From a virus, in the IMG/VR virus record IMGVR_UViG_3300020215_000050, positions 21,495 through 85,494 of that record: a stretch of DNA of 64,000 nucleotides. The stretch is one strand, 5' to 3'. Shown here in pieces: positions 8,816-17,092 of this stretch (positions are counted from its first letter, which is position 1; every line of letters begins with the position of its first letter). A program made the position numbers and the translations under genes. Under the pieces are notes generated by a model, which saw only the letters and a program-made list of their open reading frames with translations, made no database searches and was not told where the DNA came from.

Positions 8816-9428
8816 CCTCTGACCTCGCATCCGCGTTCAGGAGGCGGCTGACCCGCTTGGCCCCCTCGGTGTGGTGGTTGAACCAGGGCTTGCCGCCCTT
8901 GTGGAGGGACGCCTGTATGTGGCCGTCCATGTAGCGGCCCCACACGATGATCCTCGGGTAGACGTCCCAGCCCTCGTCCGTTTCGTATATGTTCGCGCCG
9001 AGAATGATGTCAATCTTTCCCTTGCGGATTCTTCGAAGTTTTTTCTGAAGATTCAGCTCGCCGATCGAGAGGTACTCGGTCTTGAAGACGATGCAGTCGA
9101 TCTTGTAGCCCCGCCACAGGATGTCCCAGCCGGGATCAGCCGTCTCGCGGAAGACGTACCGCACGCCGAGGGCCTTGGCCACGGCGGGCTCGATCAGGAT
9201 GTACTGGACGTTGCGCTTGATCTTGTAGGGGGACCGGCCGTTCGCTCGGAATGGGTCGTCGGTGATGTGCTGAATCTGCCTCTCGAGCCAGCCCTCGGGG
9301 ACCTCGTTCCTGAGGAGCGTGATCTTCAGCGGCAGGGCCGCCTTGAGGTTGTCGAGGACTCGGGCTACGTTGGTGCTGGAGTGCTTCTCCAGATCCAACT
9401 CTATGTTCACGGCGACGTTCATGACCAC
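8802..9428 (-). CDS. Hypothetical protein, weak PD-(D/E)xK nuclease-like pattern
   Basis: 208 aa; GWDILWRGYKIDCIVFK; first gene of the modification operon. Confidence 0.4.
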   Translation of the reverse strand: MVMNVAVNIELDLEKHSSTNVARVLDNLKAALPLKITLLRNEVPEGWLERQIQHITDDPFRANGRSPYKIKRNVQYILIEPAVAKALGVRYVFRETADPGWDILWRGYKIDCIVFKTEYLSIGELNLQKKLRRIRKGKIDIILGANIYETDEGWDVYPRIIVWGRYMDGHIQASLHKGGKPWFNHHTEGAKRVSRLLNADARSEDDDD

Positions 9429-9498
9429 GAGCGTAATTATGCCCGCGGCTGGAAGTCAAACCTCTTTTACGAGTTCGTTAGAAAAATTTAAGATTCGG

Positions 9499-9753
9499 CT
9501 ACTCGCCCAGCGGCACCCCGTGGTACTCGAGGTTCGGGCCCAGGTCGATGACGTCCCCGTCCTCGACGAATCGGCAGGGCTCGGGGGTGCGGAGCCGGCC
9601 GAACAGGAGCTCGGTCCGGTCGACGTCGGACAGGCACGCCTCGAGCGTGTCGAAGAAGCCGTAGGATTCCTTGCCGTCGCCGAACTTCCCGTAGAGGACC
9701 CAGCCCGCCGACGCAGGCTGGGCCATGAGGGCGAGGGCGACCAGCCACCTCAT
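9499..9753 (-). CDS. Small secreted hypothetical protein
   Basis: Signal peptide MRWLVALALMAQPASA, then CxxxxC-like pattern. Confidence 0.55.
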   Translation of the reverse strand: MRWLVALALMAQPASAGWVLYGKFGDGKESYGFFDTLEACLSDVDRTELLFGRLRTPEPCRFVEDGDVIDLGPNLEYHGVPLGE

Positions 9754-9905
9754 GGGTGTTTCCCTTCTTCTATCACAATTAAAACGTCGAAGTACCAGAA
9801 GCCGAAGCCCGCGTTCCCGTACTCGTGGCCGTACTTGAATCGGCCCCAGTAGCGGGCGTACTTCGGCAGCCAGGTGACGAAGCAGCGGCGTCCTATTCTT
9901 AACAT
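9750..9905 (-). CDS. Hypothetical protein
   Basis: MLRIGRRCFVTWLPK; coupled overlaps on both sides. Confidence 0.35.
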   Translation of the reverse strand: MLRIGRRCFVTWLPKYARYWGRFKYGHEYGNAGFGFWYFDVLIVIEEGKHP

Positions 9906-10228
9906 GCGTACCACAGCTGGCTCCTGCTGGCGGCCTGCGGGTTGTAGCACCGGCCCCGCACGATGAGCTCCTCGAACATCGCGTCCCTGAGCTCGCAGAT
10001 GTACTCGAGCGACTTCTCGCTCATCGTCACGTTGGGGATCGACCCGCGGCAGAGCCCGTTCAGGTCGAAGGCGATGGGCATCAGCTCCTGCTCGTCCCAC
10101 AGGTGGAAGTGGGTGACGTTCTCCGCGGACAGGGCCGCGTAGGTCAGGAAGCCGACGCACAGGGCGAAGACGATCGCCACGTAGACGAGGAACCGGAACA
10201 GCCACCAGACGGCGCGGGCGGGTCCCAT
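9899..10228 (-). CDS. Hypothetical membrane protein
   Basis: N-terminal hydrophobic helix. Confidence 0.55.
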   Translation of the reverse strand: MGPARAVWWLFRFLVYVAIVFALCVGFLTYAALSAENVTHFHLWDEQELMPIAFDLNGLCRGSIPNVTMSEKSLEYICELRDAMFEELIVRGRCYNPQAASRSQLWYAC

Positions 10229-10443
10229 CAGTTAAACCTCGGTTCCGACAACTCGCCGTGCCAGACGAGGAACGTGTTCCCCGCCGCCGTCTTGACCCGG
10301 ATGAGCTCCTTCGGGTAGACCTCGTCGAACCCGACGACCTCCACCACCTGCCCGTTCGCCTCCATGTGGACGTCGTTGAACCACAGCTGCGGACCACCGC
10401 CCTGGCTGTAGGTGAACAGGTACTTCTTACCGACTTCAATCAT
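10228..10443 (-). CDS. Hypothetical protein
   Basis: ORF track; phage-like codon use; abutting neighbours. Confidence 0.55.
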   Translation of the reverse strand: MIEVGKKYLFTYSQGGGPQLWFNDVHMEANGQVVEVVGFDEVYPKELIRVKTAAGNTFLVWHGELSEPRFN

Positions 10444-10668
10444 TCATGCCCTCCTCTTTCTGAGCGGGGTCGGTTCCCACTGGGGGTCCCTCTTCCGCCT
10501 CGCCCACGCGACGTCCCTGGCGACCTCGCTCGTGGGCTTGCTCCAGACGTCCGCCACCAGCTGCACGCTGATAAGGCTGCCGATGACCTCCAGGTCCTTC
10601 TCGGCCGTCTCGTCGTTCATGGCGATCCAGTGGACCGCCAACCTGTATCTGTTCTCACCGTGGGCCAT
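10444..10668 (-). CDS. Hypothetical protein
   Basis: Start MAHGEN chosen; coupled to the upstream stop. Confidence 0.5.
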   Translation of the reverse strand: MAHGENRYRLAVHWIAMNDETAEKDLEVIGSLISVQLVADVWSKPTSEVARDVAWARRKRDPQWEPTPLRKRRA

Positions 10669-10895
10669 CAGTCGTCCAACTCCTGCCTGAGCTGGTCTAT
10701 CTTTGCTTCGAGCGATAGGGACTCGAGCTCGTAGTTGTGATCGGGGTGCGGAGCGATGTGGTACCCGGTCATGCCGAGCATCCTGCGACCCAGAGCGCCG
10801 CGCTTGCTGCGACGCTTCTCGTGCCTCTGCTCCACGGTACCGACGACCCTGCTCCATCGCCTGTGGTGGTACCGCTCGGTCTTGGGCCAGGTCAT
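10668..10895 (-). CDS. Hypothetical basic protein
   Basis: MTWPKTER; ATGA overlap. Confidence 0.45.
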   Translation of the reverse strand: MTWPKTERYHHRRWSRVVGTVEQRHEKRRSKRGALGRRMLGMTGYHIAPHPDHNYELESLSLEAKIDQLRQELDD

Positions 10896-11041
10896 CGGAT
10901 GCTCTGGTAGTCCCTGCGCGACTGCCACGCCACGATCCCCTTCTGCTGGCGCTTGCGGGCCCGGTCCCGCCACGTCTCCCGCAGCTTCAGCCGCTTCTTG
11001 ACGACGTACCTGTCCGTCTTGGTCCACTTCGGTCGCTTCAT
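10892..11041 (-). CDS. Hypothetical basic protein
   Basis: MKRPKWTK; ATGA overlap. Confidence 0.4.
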   Translation of the reverse strand: MKRPKWTKTDRYVVKKRLKLRETWRDRARKRQQKGIVAWQSRRDYQSIR

Positions 11042-11205
11042 CTCGGTATGTCCGCCACCAGGTCCATCGCGCTGAACAGGGCCCACAGGACCATGGCCAG
11101 CGTCGCGTACTTGCCCGCCTTGGGGTTGTCGCTGATGGAGTTGCCCCAGATGTAGATGCCGATCACTGCGATCCAGCCGAGGCCCATGAGGTAGTTCGGC
11201 ATCAT
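11038..11205 (-). CDS. Small membrane protein
   Basis: Two hydrophobic segments. Confidence 0.45.
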   Translation of the reverse strand: MMPNYLMGLGWIAVIGIYIWGNSISDNPKAGKYATLAMVLWALFSAMDLVADIPR

Positions 11206-11426
11206 CGGTCGTCCCTCACGAACTTGGGCGGCGGGATCGTCGCCCTGGGGTAGGAGCGGGTGGACATCTTGGGGATGTAGGTGATCCCGCCGCACTTGGC
11301 GTCGGGGATCGCCGCCGCCTTTTCGGCCACCAGGTCGGAGACGTTGAGGGCCTCGACCCGGGACACGCCGACGAAGGTCGCGAAGAACACGATCGCCGCC
11401 GCGTTGGTCGCGAGCAGCAGGGTCAT
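11202..11426 (-). CDS. Small membrane or secreted protein
   Basis: Hydrophobic N-terminus; ATGA overlap. Confidence 0.45.
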   Translation of the reverse strand: MTLLLATNAAAIVFFATFVGVSRVEALNVSDLVAEKAAAIPDAKCGGITYIPKMSTRSYPRATIPPPKFVRDDR

Positions 11427-11620
11427 GCCCCGGGTTCCTTCTCCACGGTGACGACGATGCTGTGGACCTCTTCGGGGTTGCCGACCCACAGGTAGTGGAG
11501 GCTGTACAGGTCGCTCGCGCTCCTGACGCGCATAGCGTCCTCGCTTATCTTTTGCCCGTCGACCCCGAAGTATTCCACCCGGCAGGCCAGCCGCATCGCC
11601 GTCTTGCTCTTGCATGTCAC
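11423..11620 (-). CDS. Hypothetical protein
   Basis: ORF track; GTG start. Confidence 0.45.
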   Translation of the reverse strand: MTCKSKTAMRLACRVEYFGVDGQKISEDAMRVRSASDLYSLHYLWVGNPEEVHSIVVTVEKEPGA

Positions 11621-11871
11621 CTCTTAGCCTCCTCTTCGAGTGTCTTCCGAATCTGCTCCACGAGTCCGTCGTTGCCATCCGCCCACTCGAGCTCCTTGCG
11701 GGCCCGGTTGAGCAGGGTCGTGACCCGCTCGTAGCCCTCCGCGGCGGACCTGAGGTCCTTCGCGAGCTCGCCCTTCGTTTTCCAGTCCTTCATGTGGGGG
11801 AAGACCTTGAGCGTCTCCTCGATGGCGAAGGCGTGGATCTCGAGCCGCTCCCTAAGGGTGTGCCTGGCCAT
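11617..11871 (-). CDS. Hypothetical helical protein
   Basis: ORF track. Confidence 0.55.
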   Translation of the reverse strand: MARHTLRERLEIHAFAIEETLKVFPHMKDWKTKGELAKDLRSAAEGYERVTTLLNRARKELEWADGNDGLVEQIRKTLEEEAKR

Positions 11872-12044
11872 CAGGATTCCTCGCTCCTATAGATGTAGTC
11901 CTCGATGGTCTGTACGTTCTCGAGGGTCCTGTCCGCGTTCCTAGGCCCGATGGCCATGCGGATGACGTGTAATCTCACCAGCCCGCGGATATTGTCCGCG
12001 GCGGTTAGGGCTTCCTCTCGGGAAACGGGTTTCTTGTCAGTCAT
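11871..12044 (-). CDS. Hypothetical protein
   Basis: MTDKKP start; ATGA overlap. Confidence 0.45.
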   Translation of the reverse strand: MTDKKPVSREEALTAADNIRGLVRLHVIRMAIGPRNADRTLENVQTIEDYIYRSEES

Positions 12045-12322
12045 GGCAGTCTCGCGGCCTCCTGCGTCATCCACACTGTGACCCTCGCCACGTCCCTCGC
12101 GAGGTCGGCGGCGTCCATGTAGGGGCGGTAGAGCTCGTTGACCTCCTCGTTTGTCATCGCCTCGAAGTCGACGAGGTCCTCGTACATCTCAAACAACCGC
12201 CACGCCCGCTTGACCAGCTTCTCTGCGTGGGCGCCCGTCCAGTTGTCCTGGTCTGCGGGGAGGCGGCAGCCCGTGCGGGACCACTCCCTCCACATCCGCT
12301 TTATCTTCTTCTCGTTCGTCAT
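12041..12322 (-). CDS. Hypothetical protein
   Basis: ORF track. Confidence 0.55.
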   Translation of the reverse strand: MTNEKKIKRMWREWSRTGCRLPADQDNWTGAHAEKLVKRAWRLFEMYEDLVDFEAMTNEEVNELYRPYMDAADLARDVARVTVWMTQEAARLP

Positions 12323-12642
12323 GCCTTCACCTTTGCCGGTTTGGTCGGAACCGCATAGGCCTCCGACGGTCTGTACTCGGCGATCAGGGTCAACACCCGG
12401 GCTGCGTTCTCCTCGGAGTCGTAGACCTCGCTCAGCTGGGCGAGCCGGCCCTGCGCCTGGATCAGGATGTACTTGGGCGAGTACACGCGGACGTAGCCGT
12501 CCAGCGTCGCCGGGTAGCTGAACAGGAAGTCGTAGTACTTCTTGTCTCCCGACCGGTTGACGTCGCAGCCGAGCGGGTTGTTCATACCGTGGCGGCTGCA
12601 GATGTCCGCGAGGCGCTGGGCCAGCTCACTTCGTTCGCTCAT
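12319..12642 (-). CDS. Hypothetical protein
   Basis: ORF track. Confidence 0.55.
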   Translation of the reverse strand: MSERSELAQRLADICSRHGMNNPLGCDVNRSGDKKYYDFLFSYPATLDGYVRVYSPKYILIQAQGRLAQLSEVYDSEENAARVLTLIAEYRPSEAYAVPTKPAKVKA

Positions 12643-12832
12643 TCCATACCTCCCACTTGTGCATGAGATACGCCACGGGCACGGTGAACCACCACGTCGC
12701 CACGATCAGCCAGAACTCCAGCTGGGAGACTCCCTTCCCCAGCTTCCAGTTCTCGTCCTCGATGATCCAGTAGGTGAAGGCGCACCCCCAGCCGTAGCAC
12801 CAGGCGAGCATGATCGCCATAAGCGTGTTCAT
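12626..12832 (-). CDS. Small membrane protein
   Basis: Two hydrophobic, Trp-rich segments. Confidence 0.5.
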   Translation of the reverse strand: MNTLMAIMLAWCYGWGCAFTYWIIEDENWKLGKGVSQLEFWLIVATWWFTVPVAYLMHKWEVWNERTK

Positions 12833-13125
12833 TGGGGCACGTCGTCGTAGAAGGGACCGTCGTCCTCGGCGACCTCCCTGACGGCCTCCTTGTACTCTTC
12901 GAGGATGTCCGTGTATGCCGGCTCGCCCCTGAACATGTAGGGCTCCGCGTTCTGGGCCTCGCCGACGGTCATGACGTAGGTGTTGCCGCCATGCCGATAG
13001 ACGTGGAGCTCGGCGGCGACCACCCCGGTCGTATTGCCCGTGTGCATGATCGCGTCCGGCTCGCGGGCGTGGAGCTGCTCAAGCACCTCGTCGTCGACGT
13101 CAAACATCGGTCCCTCGTCGATCAT
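12829..13125 (-). CDS. Hypothetical acidic protein
   Basis: ORF track. Confidence 0.5.
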   Translation of the reverse strand: MIDEGPMFDVDDEVLEQLHAREPDAIMHTGNTTGVVAAELHVYRHGGNTYVMTVGEAQNAEPYMFRGEPAYTDILEEYKEAVREVAEDDGPFYDDVPQ

Positions 13126-13126
13126 C

Positions 13127-13327
13127 CTACTTCTCCCTGATGTTGACTATGAGGGCCCCGTCGCTCTGCTGGACTTCGAACAGGAGCTTGTCGACCTGCT
13201 TGCGGCTGAGGAAGTCGCCGACCTGGGGCTCCAGCCTGTTCGTCAGGCTGGTGACCCTGTAGACGGTCTCGTCGTCGGTCAGACGCTTCCCGTGGAAGAC
13301 GAGGTTGATCACCTGCTTCATCGACAT
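13127..13327 (-). CDS. Hypothetical protein
   Basis: MSMKQVINL start. Confidence 0.5.
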   Translation of the reverse strand: MSMKQVINLVFHGKRLTDDETVYRVTSLTNRLEPQVGDFLSRKQVDKLLFEVQQSDGALIVNIREK

Positions 13328-13548
13328 CAGCGCCACCCCACTGAATCTGCGTCGTAGGAGAGGGCGGAGCCCTCGTCCACGTTGCCCTCGAGTCCGACGA
13401 AGGGCTGCTCGTGTCGCTTCAACTGGATCGGCTTCGGCTCCATCGGGCTGAGCCGGATCGTCGAGCCGGGCAGCCACACCTTCACCGTCGCGCTGCGATG
13501 CTCGGGCGGGACCTTGCTCAGATGGTCAATGAGCTCCTGTACCGTCAT
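13327..13548 (-). CDS. Hypothetical protein (MTVxELIxxL phage family)
   Basis: MTVQELIDHLSKVP, a common small phage protein N-terminus. Confidence 0.55.
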   Translation of the reverse strand: MTVQELIDHLSKVPPEHRSATVKVWLPGSTIRLSPMEPKPIQLKRHEQPFVGLEGNVDEGSALSYDADSVGWR

Positions 13549-13751
13549 GCTGGGACCAACCTCCTCTTTCTCCGTGTGTACACCTTGTGCAACCATATAC
13601 AAAAGGTCGCGATCAGGAAACCGCCCGTGATGACCACGTGGGCGTCCATGAGGATGTGGGCGAGGCGTTCCGCCTCGGTCACCCTCTGCTCGAGGGACGC
13701 CACGTATGACATCCCCGTGAGCATGTCCATGTCGTGCTGGGTCAGGGACAT
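13545..13751 (-). CDS. Small membrane protein
   Basis: C-terminal TM segment followed by a basic tail. Confidence 0.45.
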   Translation of the reverse strand: MSLTQHDMDMLTGMSYVASLEQRVTEAERLAHILMDAHVVITGGFLIATFCIWLHKVYTRRKRRLVPA

Positions 13752-13927
13752 CAGAGCTGCCCCGTCCGGAGGGTCCGGTCTGCGTACATCCAGCCCTCCT
13801 CCCACTGCACGTGCCTGGCCTCGTCGCCCCGCTTCATGTAGGGGTTGAGCAGGCTGCCCACCCCCTTGAGGCGGGCGTCTACGCCCTCGTCGTACGCCTC
13901 ACTGAGCATCGTCTTGAACTTTCCCAT
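13751..13927 (-). CDS. Hypothetical protein (AYxEG...NPY...WxEGW family)
   Basis: AYDEG...LNPY...QWEEGW pattern. Confidence 0.5.
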   Translation of the reverse strand: MGKFKTMLSEAYDEGVDARLKGVGSLLNPYMKRGDEARHVQWEEGWMYADRTLRTGQL

Positions 13928-14303
13928 CGATCCTCTCCCATCCCAAAGAGCAGCAAACCTCAAGCGACCCGTCTTCCCACTCGATGTAGTCGCCGACCAT
14001 CATTGACCGGGCGAACGCCCCGGGGATACGCTGTACCTTGATCCCCTGGGTCGCCCACGCAGGACGGGGGATCCCGTTCTGCAGTAACCTGTAGACCTGG
14101 TCGGCCGACTCGACGTCGACCTCCGCGGCCTTCTCGTACATGTCGAGCTCGACCGCCCGGGCGAACGCCCTGCCGTCGCCCGCGAGCCCACCGATCGTGG
14201 CGTCCATGTAGGCGATCCCCTCGGGGATCGAGGACCAGCCGCCGCGGTTGATCGCGGCCCGCTGCTCGTCGGTGAGCGTGATGAAGTAGACCGTGCCCCG
14301 CAT
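13899..14303 (-). CDS. YodL-like (RSxxVGD) domain protein
   Basis: C-terminal RSMMVGDYI...G.LEVCC..GW. Confidence 0.45.
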   Translation of the reverse strand: MRGTVYFITLTDEQRAAINRGGWSSIPEGIAYMDATIGGLAGDGRAFARAVELDMYEKAAEVDVESADQVYRLLQNGIPRPAWATQGIKVQRIPGAFARSMMVGDYIEWEDGSLEVCCSLGWERIDGKVQDDAQ

Positions 14304-14833
14304 CAGTTGAGCCCTCCCTCGATGATCGCGTTGACCGTGCCCTTCTTCGGGCGGCCGTTGGGGAAGAGGTCTATGCCCATCCGCTCGGCGCAGACCGGGC
14401 CGATGCCGACCTCGATCGACTCGGGGACGGTCAGGGGGCGGTGGCAGCAGCCGCAGCGGCCCTCGTGCCAGAACTCGATGTCCCTGTGGACCTGGCCGCG
14501 GTCGACGAGCCAGTTCCAGAAGTACGTGAAGGCGACGAAGGACGGGGCCGTCTCGGAGACCTTCGCCTTCTCGGTCCGCGCGAACTCGTTGAGCTTGATG
14601 CGGCCCATGTAGCGGAAGTGCGAGTCGTTGTCCGGTCCGTCGAGGACCTTGACGAAGAAGACGTCGGGGAACCTGCCGGGCTTGGCGTTCTCGGCCTTGC
14701 AGACGCGGTAGGTGAACCGCTTGCCCGTCTTCTTGGAGACGATCGTGAAGCGGGCGTCCCCGGCCAGGATGAACTTCTGGACGGTCAGGCCGTCGGTCAT
14801 CCGGTGGGGGTGGAAGTCAAGGTGGTCGGTCAT
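14303..14833 (-). CDS. DUF6011-like Zn-finger protein
   Basis: CGCCHRPLTVPESIEVGIGPVCA signature; first gene behind promoter cassette 1. Confidence 0.7.
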   Translation of the reverse strand: MTDHLDFHPHRMTDGLTVQKFILAGDARFTIVSKKTGKRFTYRVCKAENAKPGRFPDVFFVKVLDGPDNDSHFRYMGRIKLNEFARTEKAKVSETAPSFVAFTYFWNWLVDRGQVHRDIEFWHEGRCGCCHRPLTVPESIEVGIGPVCAERMGIDLFPNGRPKKGTVNAIIEGGLN

Positions 14834-14836
14834 GTC

Positions 14837-14903
14837 ATCCTCTCGGGTTTTTGTCCATCGAAGATTATTGTGCCATCCTACCAGGGATTCCGCCGGGAGT
14901 CAA
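14837..14903 (-). promoter_or_regulatory. Early sigma70-type promoter plus conserved 26-nt leader/SD (copy 1)
   Basis: TTGACT-N17-TAGGAT, then TTCGATGGACAAAAACCCGAGAGGAT before the ATG. Confidence 0.8.
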
Positions 14904-15106
14904 CCACTTTTTTCGTCACGTAAAATTTGTGTAAATCTGGGCCGGATCCGCCGGTACAGGTCCTCCGGGTCGTTGCTGGCCTCGGCCTCGATGCAGGCGG
15001 GGCAGAGACCCCAGCCGTTGGCCTCCATCATCTCCCAGCAGGCGTGGCAGGGGTGGAGGGCCCGCCGCCTGCGCTTCCGCCTGAACAGCCTGAGGAGCGC
15101 GTTCAT
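14900..15106 (-). CDS. Small Zn-finger protein
   Basis: CHAC...CPAC. Confidence 0.45.
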   Translation of the reverse strand: MNALLRLFRRKRRRRALHPCHACWEMMEANGWGLCPACIEAEASNDPEDLYRRIRPRFTQILRDEKSG

Positions 15107-15315
15107 CGGATGTCCGGGTCCCGCAGCAGCACCAGGGACTGCCGGAGATAGAGCATGCAGCCGAACAGGCCCATCAATGAGAAGAGCAGGCCGCAGCCGC
15201 CGAGGAATGGCGCGTCCCCCCGCAGGCTGTTCAGGTGGGCGAGGAACGTCACCGAGTTGACGACGACCCCGCAGCTCCAGCCGAACGCATAGAGGACGAG
15301 CTCAAGCTTACGCAT
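15103..15315 (-). CDS. Small membrane protein
   Basis: Two hydrophobic segments. Confidence 0.45.
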   Translation of the reverse strand: MRKLELVLYAFGWSCGVVVNSVTFLAHLNSLRGDAPFLGGCGLLFSLMGLFGCMLYLRQSLVLLRDPDIR

Positions 15316-15709
15316 CGATGGCCTCCCTGAACGGGCCGAGGACGGCCCTGACGTGGTTGATGTACGCCTCCCGGTTCCGGATCTTGCCCCGGGCGGCGGG
15401 GTGGATCAGCCTCGCGTGGTGGATCCTGTACCGCTCGAGGACGCGGGCCACCTTCGACCCGAGGGCGACGACGACGTGGTCGTCAACCATCGCCAGAAGG
15501 ATGGTCACCCGCCTCGAGTTGTCGCCGGACTCGGGCGCGTCCGGGTCGTCGCCGAAGATGTTGAAGAACCTGCAGTCGCGGACGTCGACCCCGACGCCCT
15601 CGCGGAGAGCGTCGGCGAGGGTCTTGCCCGCGAGCTGGCCGGACTGCCAGTTCCAGCCCCGCCTGTAGGCGGTGGGCGACGGCTTCTCGCCGACGAACAG
15701 GAACCTCAC
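15308..15709 (-). CDS. Second UDG-superfamily protein
   Basis: LFVGEKPS, VVALG, IHPAAR; GTG start at 15709 (GTGA overlap). Confidence 0.6.
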   Translation of the reverse strand: MRFLFVGEKPSPTAYRRGWNWQSGQLAGKTLADALREGVGVDVRDCRFFNIFGDDPDAPESGDNSRRVTILLAMVDDHVVVALGSKVARVLERYRIHHARLIHPAARGKIRNREAYINHVRAVLGPFREAIDA

Positions 15710-15921
15710 TCGGGGAACACGAGGTTGTAGACCTCGTCCTTCCCAAGGGCCTCGATCAGCGCGATCAGCACGTCGCGGGCGCTGTCCCCGTCCACGGTCT
15801 CCATGCCTTGGAGGGCAATGGCCGCCTCCTCGTCGTCCCAGACGTCGAACAGGACGTCGGCCTTGTCGAGACACTCCGAGAGCACCTCGGTCACTTGGTC
15901 CTTGGTAGGTCTGGTCATCAT
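15706..15921 (-). CDS. Hypothetical acidic protein
   Basis: MMTRPT start. Confidence 0.45.
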   Translation of the reverse strand: MMTRPTKDQVTEVLSECLDKADVLFDVWDDEEAAIALQGMETVDGDSARDVLIALIEALGKDEVYNLVFPE

Positions 15922-16145
15922 CAGTTGTCCTTCCCGCTCAGGTGGCAGCCGCAGACGATGCACTCGTAGTCCTCGTCCTGATAGTCGGGGTGCTCGGCGT
16001 CGTAGCCGAAGCAGTTCCCCCGGCCGTCGGGCCCCTCGCCCGTCTTGTTGACGTCGCCGTAGGAGAGGAGGGCCTCCGTCTCCGTCGGCATGTGCTTCTT
16101 GCAGAAGTCGAGCGGCTCGTTGCTCGAGTCGTAGATCCTTGGCAT
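15921..16145 (-). CDS. Hypothetical Zn-binding protein
   Basis: DFC...HP.Y....YECIVCG. Confidence 0.5.
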   Translation of the reverse strand: MPRIYDSSNEPLDFCKKHMPTETEALLSYGDVNKTGEGPDGRGNCFGYDAEHPDYQDEDYECIVCGCHLSGKDN

Positions 16146-16156
16146 CCGGTCCTCCT

Positions 16157-16474
16157 TTAGATTTCCACTCCGTCGCTCATGTTCTTGCGGTACTCGGCGA
16201 GGGTGACGTGGGTCTGGCCCTCGCGCCACTCGACGAACTCGCCGAGCTTGAGGGTCAGGCTGACCATGTCCGACTGGCGGCGGCCGCGGCACACCATCTT
16301 GGCGTTCCCCCGGTCGTCCCCGCAGTACAGGTCGAAGCACTCGACCCCGTCGTCGTCCGCGGTGCGGTAGAGGATGTAGTGGACCCTCCACGACACCCAG
16401 CCGATGTCCGTCTCGGCGTCGTCGGTCTCGCTCGTGCGGACCTTCAGAACCTGCTCGAACACGTGGTCCATCAC
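16157..16474 (-). CDS. Hypothetical protein
   Basis: ORF track. Confidence 0.5.
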   Translation of the reverse strand: MMDHVFEQVLKVRTSETDDAETDIGWVSWRVHYILYRTADDDGVECFDLYCGDDRGNAKMVCRGRRQSDMVSLTLKLGEFVEWREGQTHVTLAEYRKNMSDGVEI

Positions 16475-16680
16475 TTCCTCCCTGCGAACTGGCGCGCGAT
16501 TCGCGCGAGCCGGTTGAACTCGTCCATGTCGGCGGCGTATATCGCCTCACCGCCGTTCCCGTAGTGGTCGGGGTCGTCCTTGGACCCGTAGCGCGCCACG
16601 TAGCCGGCCAGCGTGCCGCCGTGCTCCTCGATCCAGCGCTGCTGGTCCACGAGCTGGTCGATCACAGACTTGCGCTTCAT
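16471..16680 (-). CDS. Hypothetical protein
   Basis: MKRKSVID start. Confidence 0.5.
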   Translation of the reverse strand: MKRKSVIDQLVDQQRWIEEHGGTLAGYVARYGSKDDPDHYGNGGEAIYAADMDEFNRLARIARQFAGRK

Positions 16681-16910
16681 GGTTGTTCCTCCTTCCGATC
16701 GTCCTGTCCGGCTGCCCACGCCGAGTAGGCGAAGGTGCCCCTGATGTACCTGCAGGGCAGGCCCTGGCGGCCGTTCCAGTAGGCGTTGCGGTGGCCGGCC
16801 CCGCGGTGGGGTCGACCCGCGTAGTAGAACTCGCTCGAGGGGTCCTTGCCGAGCCTGCGGCAGTTCTCGTAGAACTGCTGCAGCTTGGGGTCCTTGAACC
16901 GGGTCTTCAT
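16677..16910 (-). CDS. Hypothetical protein
   Basis: MKTRFKD start. Confidence 0.5.
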   Translation of the reverse strand: MKTRFKDPKLQQFYENCRRLGKDPSSEFYYAGRPHRGAGHRNAYWNGRQGLPCRYIRGTFAYSAWAAGQDDRKEEQP

Positions 16911-17092
16911 CCTGCGTCCCTCACGTCGACCTTGACCACGTCGTAGACCGCCTCGAGCCTCTGCACCTCGGAGACGACCCGTACGTCGTTCCTCCAGTCG
17001 GTGCCCCACTCGAAACCGATGTCGACGATCTTGCGGACGAGGATGTCGCCCTTGTTGAATGCGCGGATGACCGCGCGGTGGTGCAGGCCCAT
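16907..17092 (-). CDS. Hypothetical protein
   Basis: ORF track. Confidence 0.45.
   Translation of the reverse strand: MGLHHRAVIRAFNKGDILVRKIVDIGFEWGTDWRNDVRVVSEVQRLEAVYDVVKVDVRDAG

Noticed and set aside
9431-9460. Canonical sigma70 promoter for the modification operon
   Set aside because: TTGACT and CATAAT are only 12 nt apart, so it was not listed as a feature.
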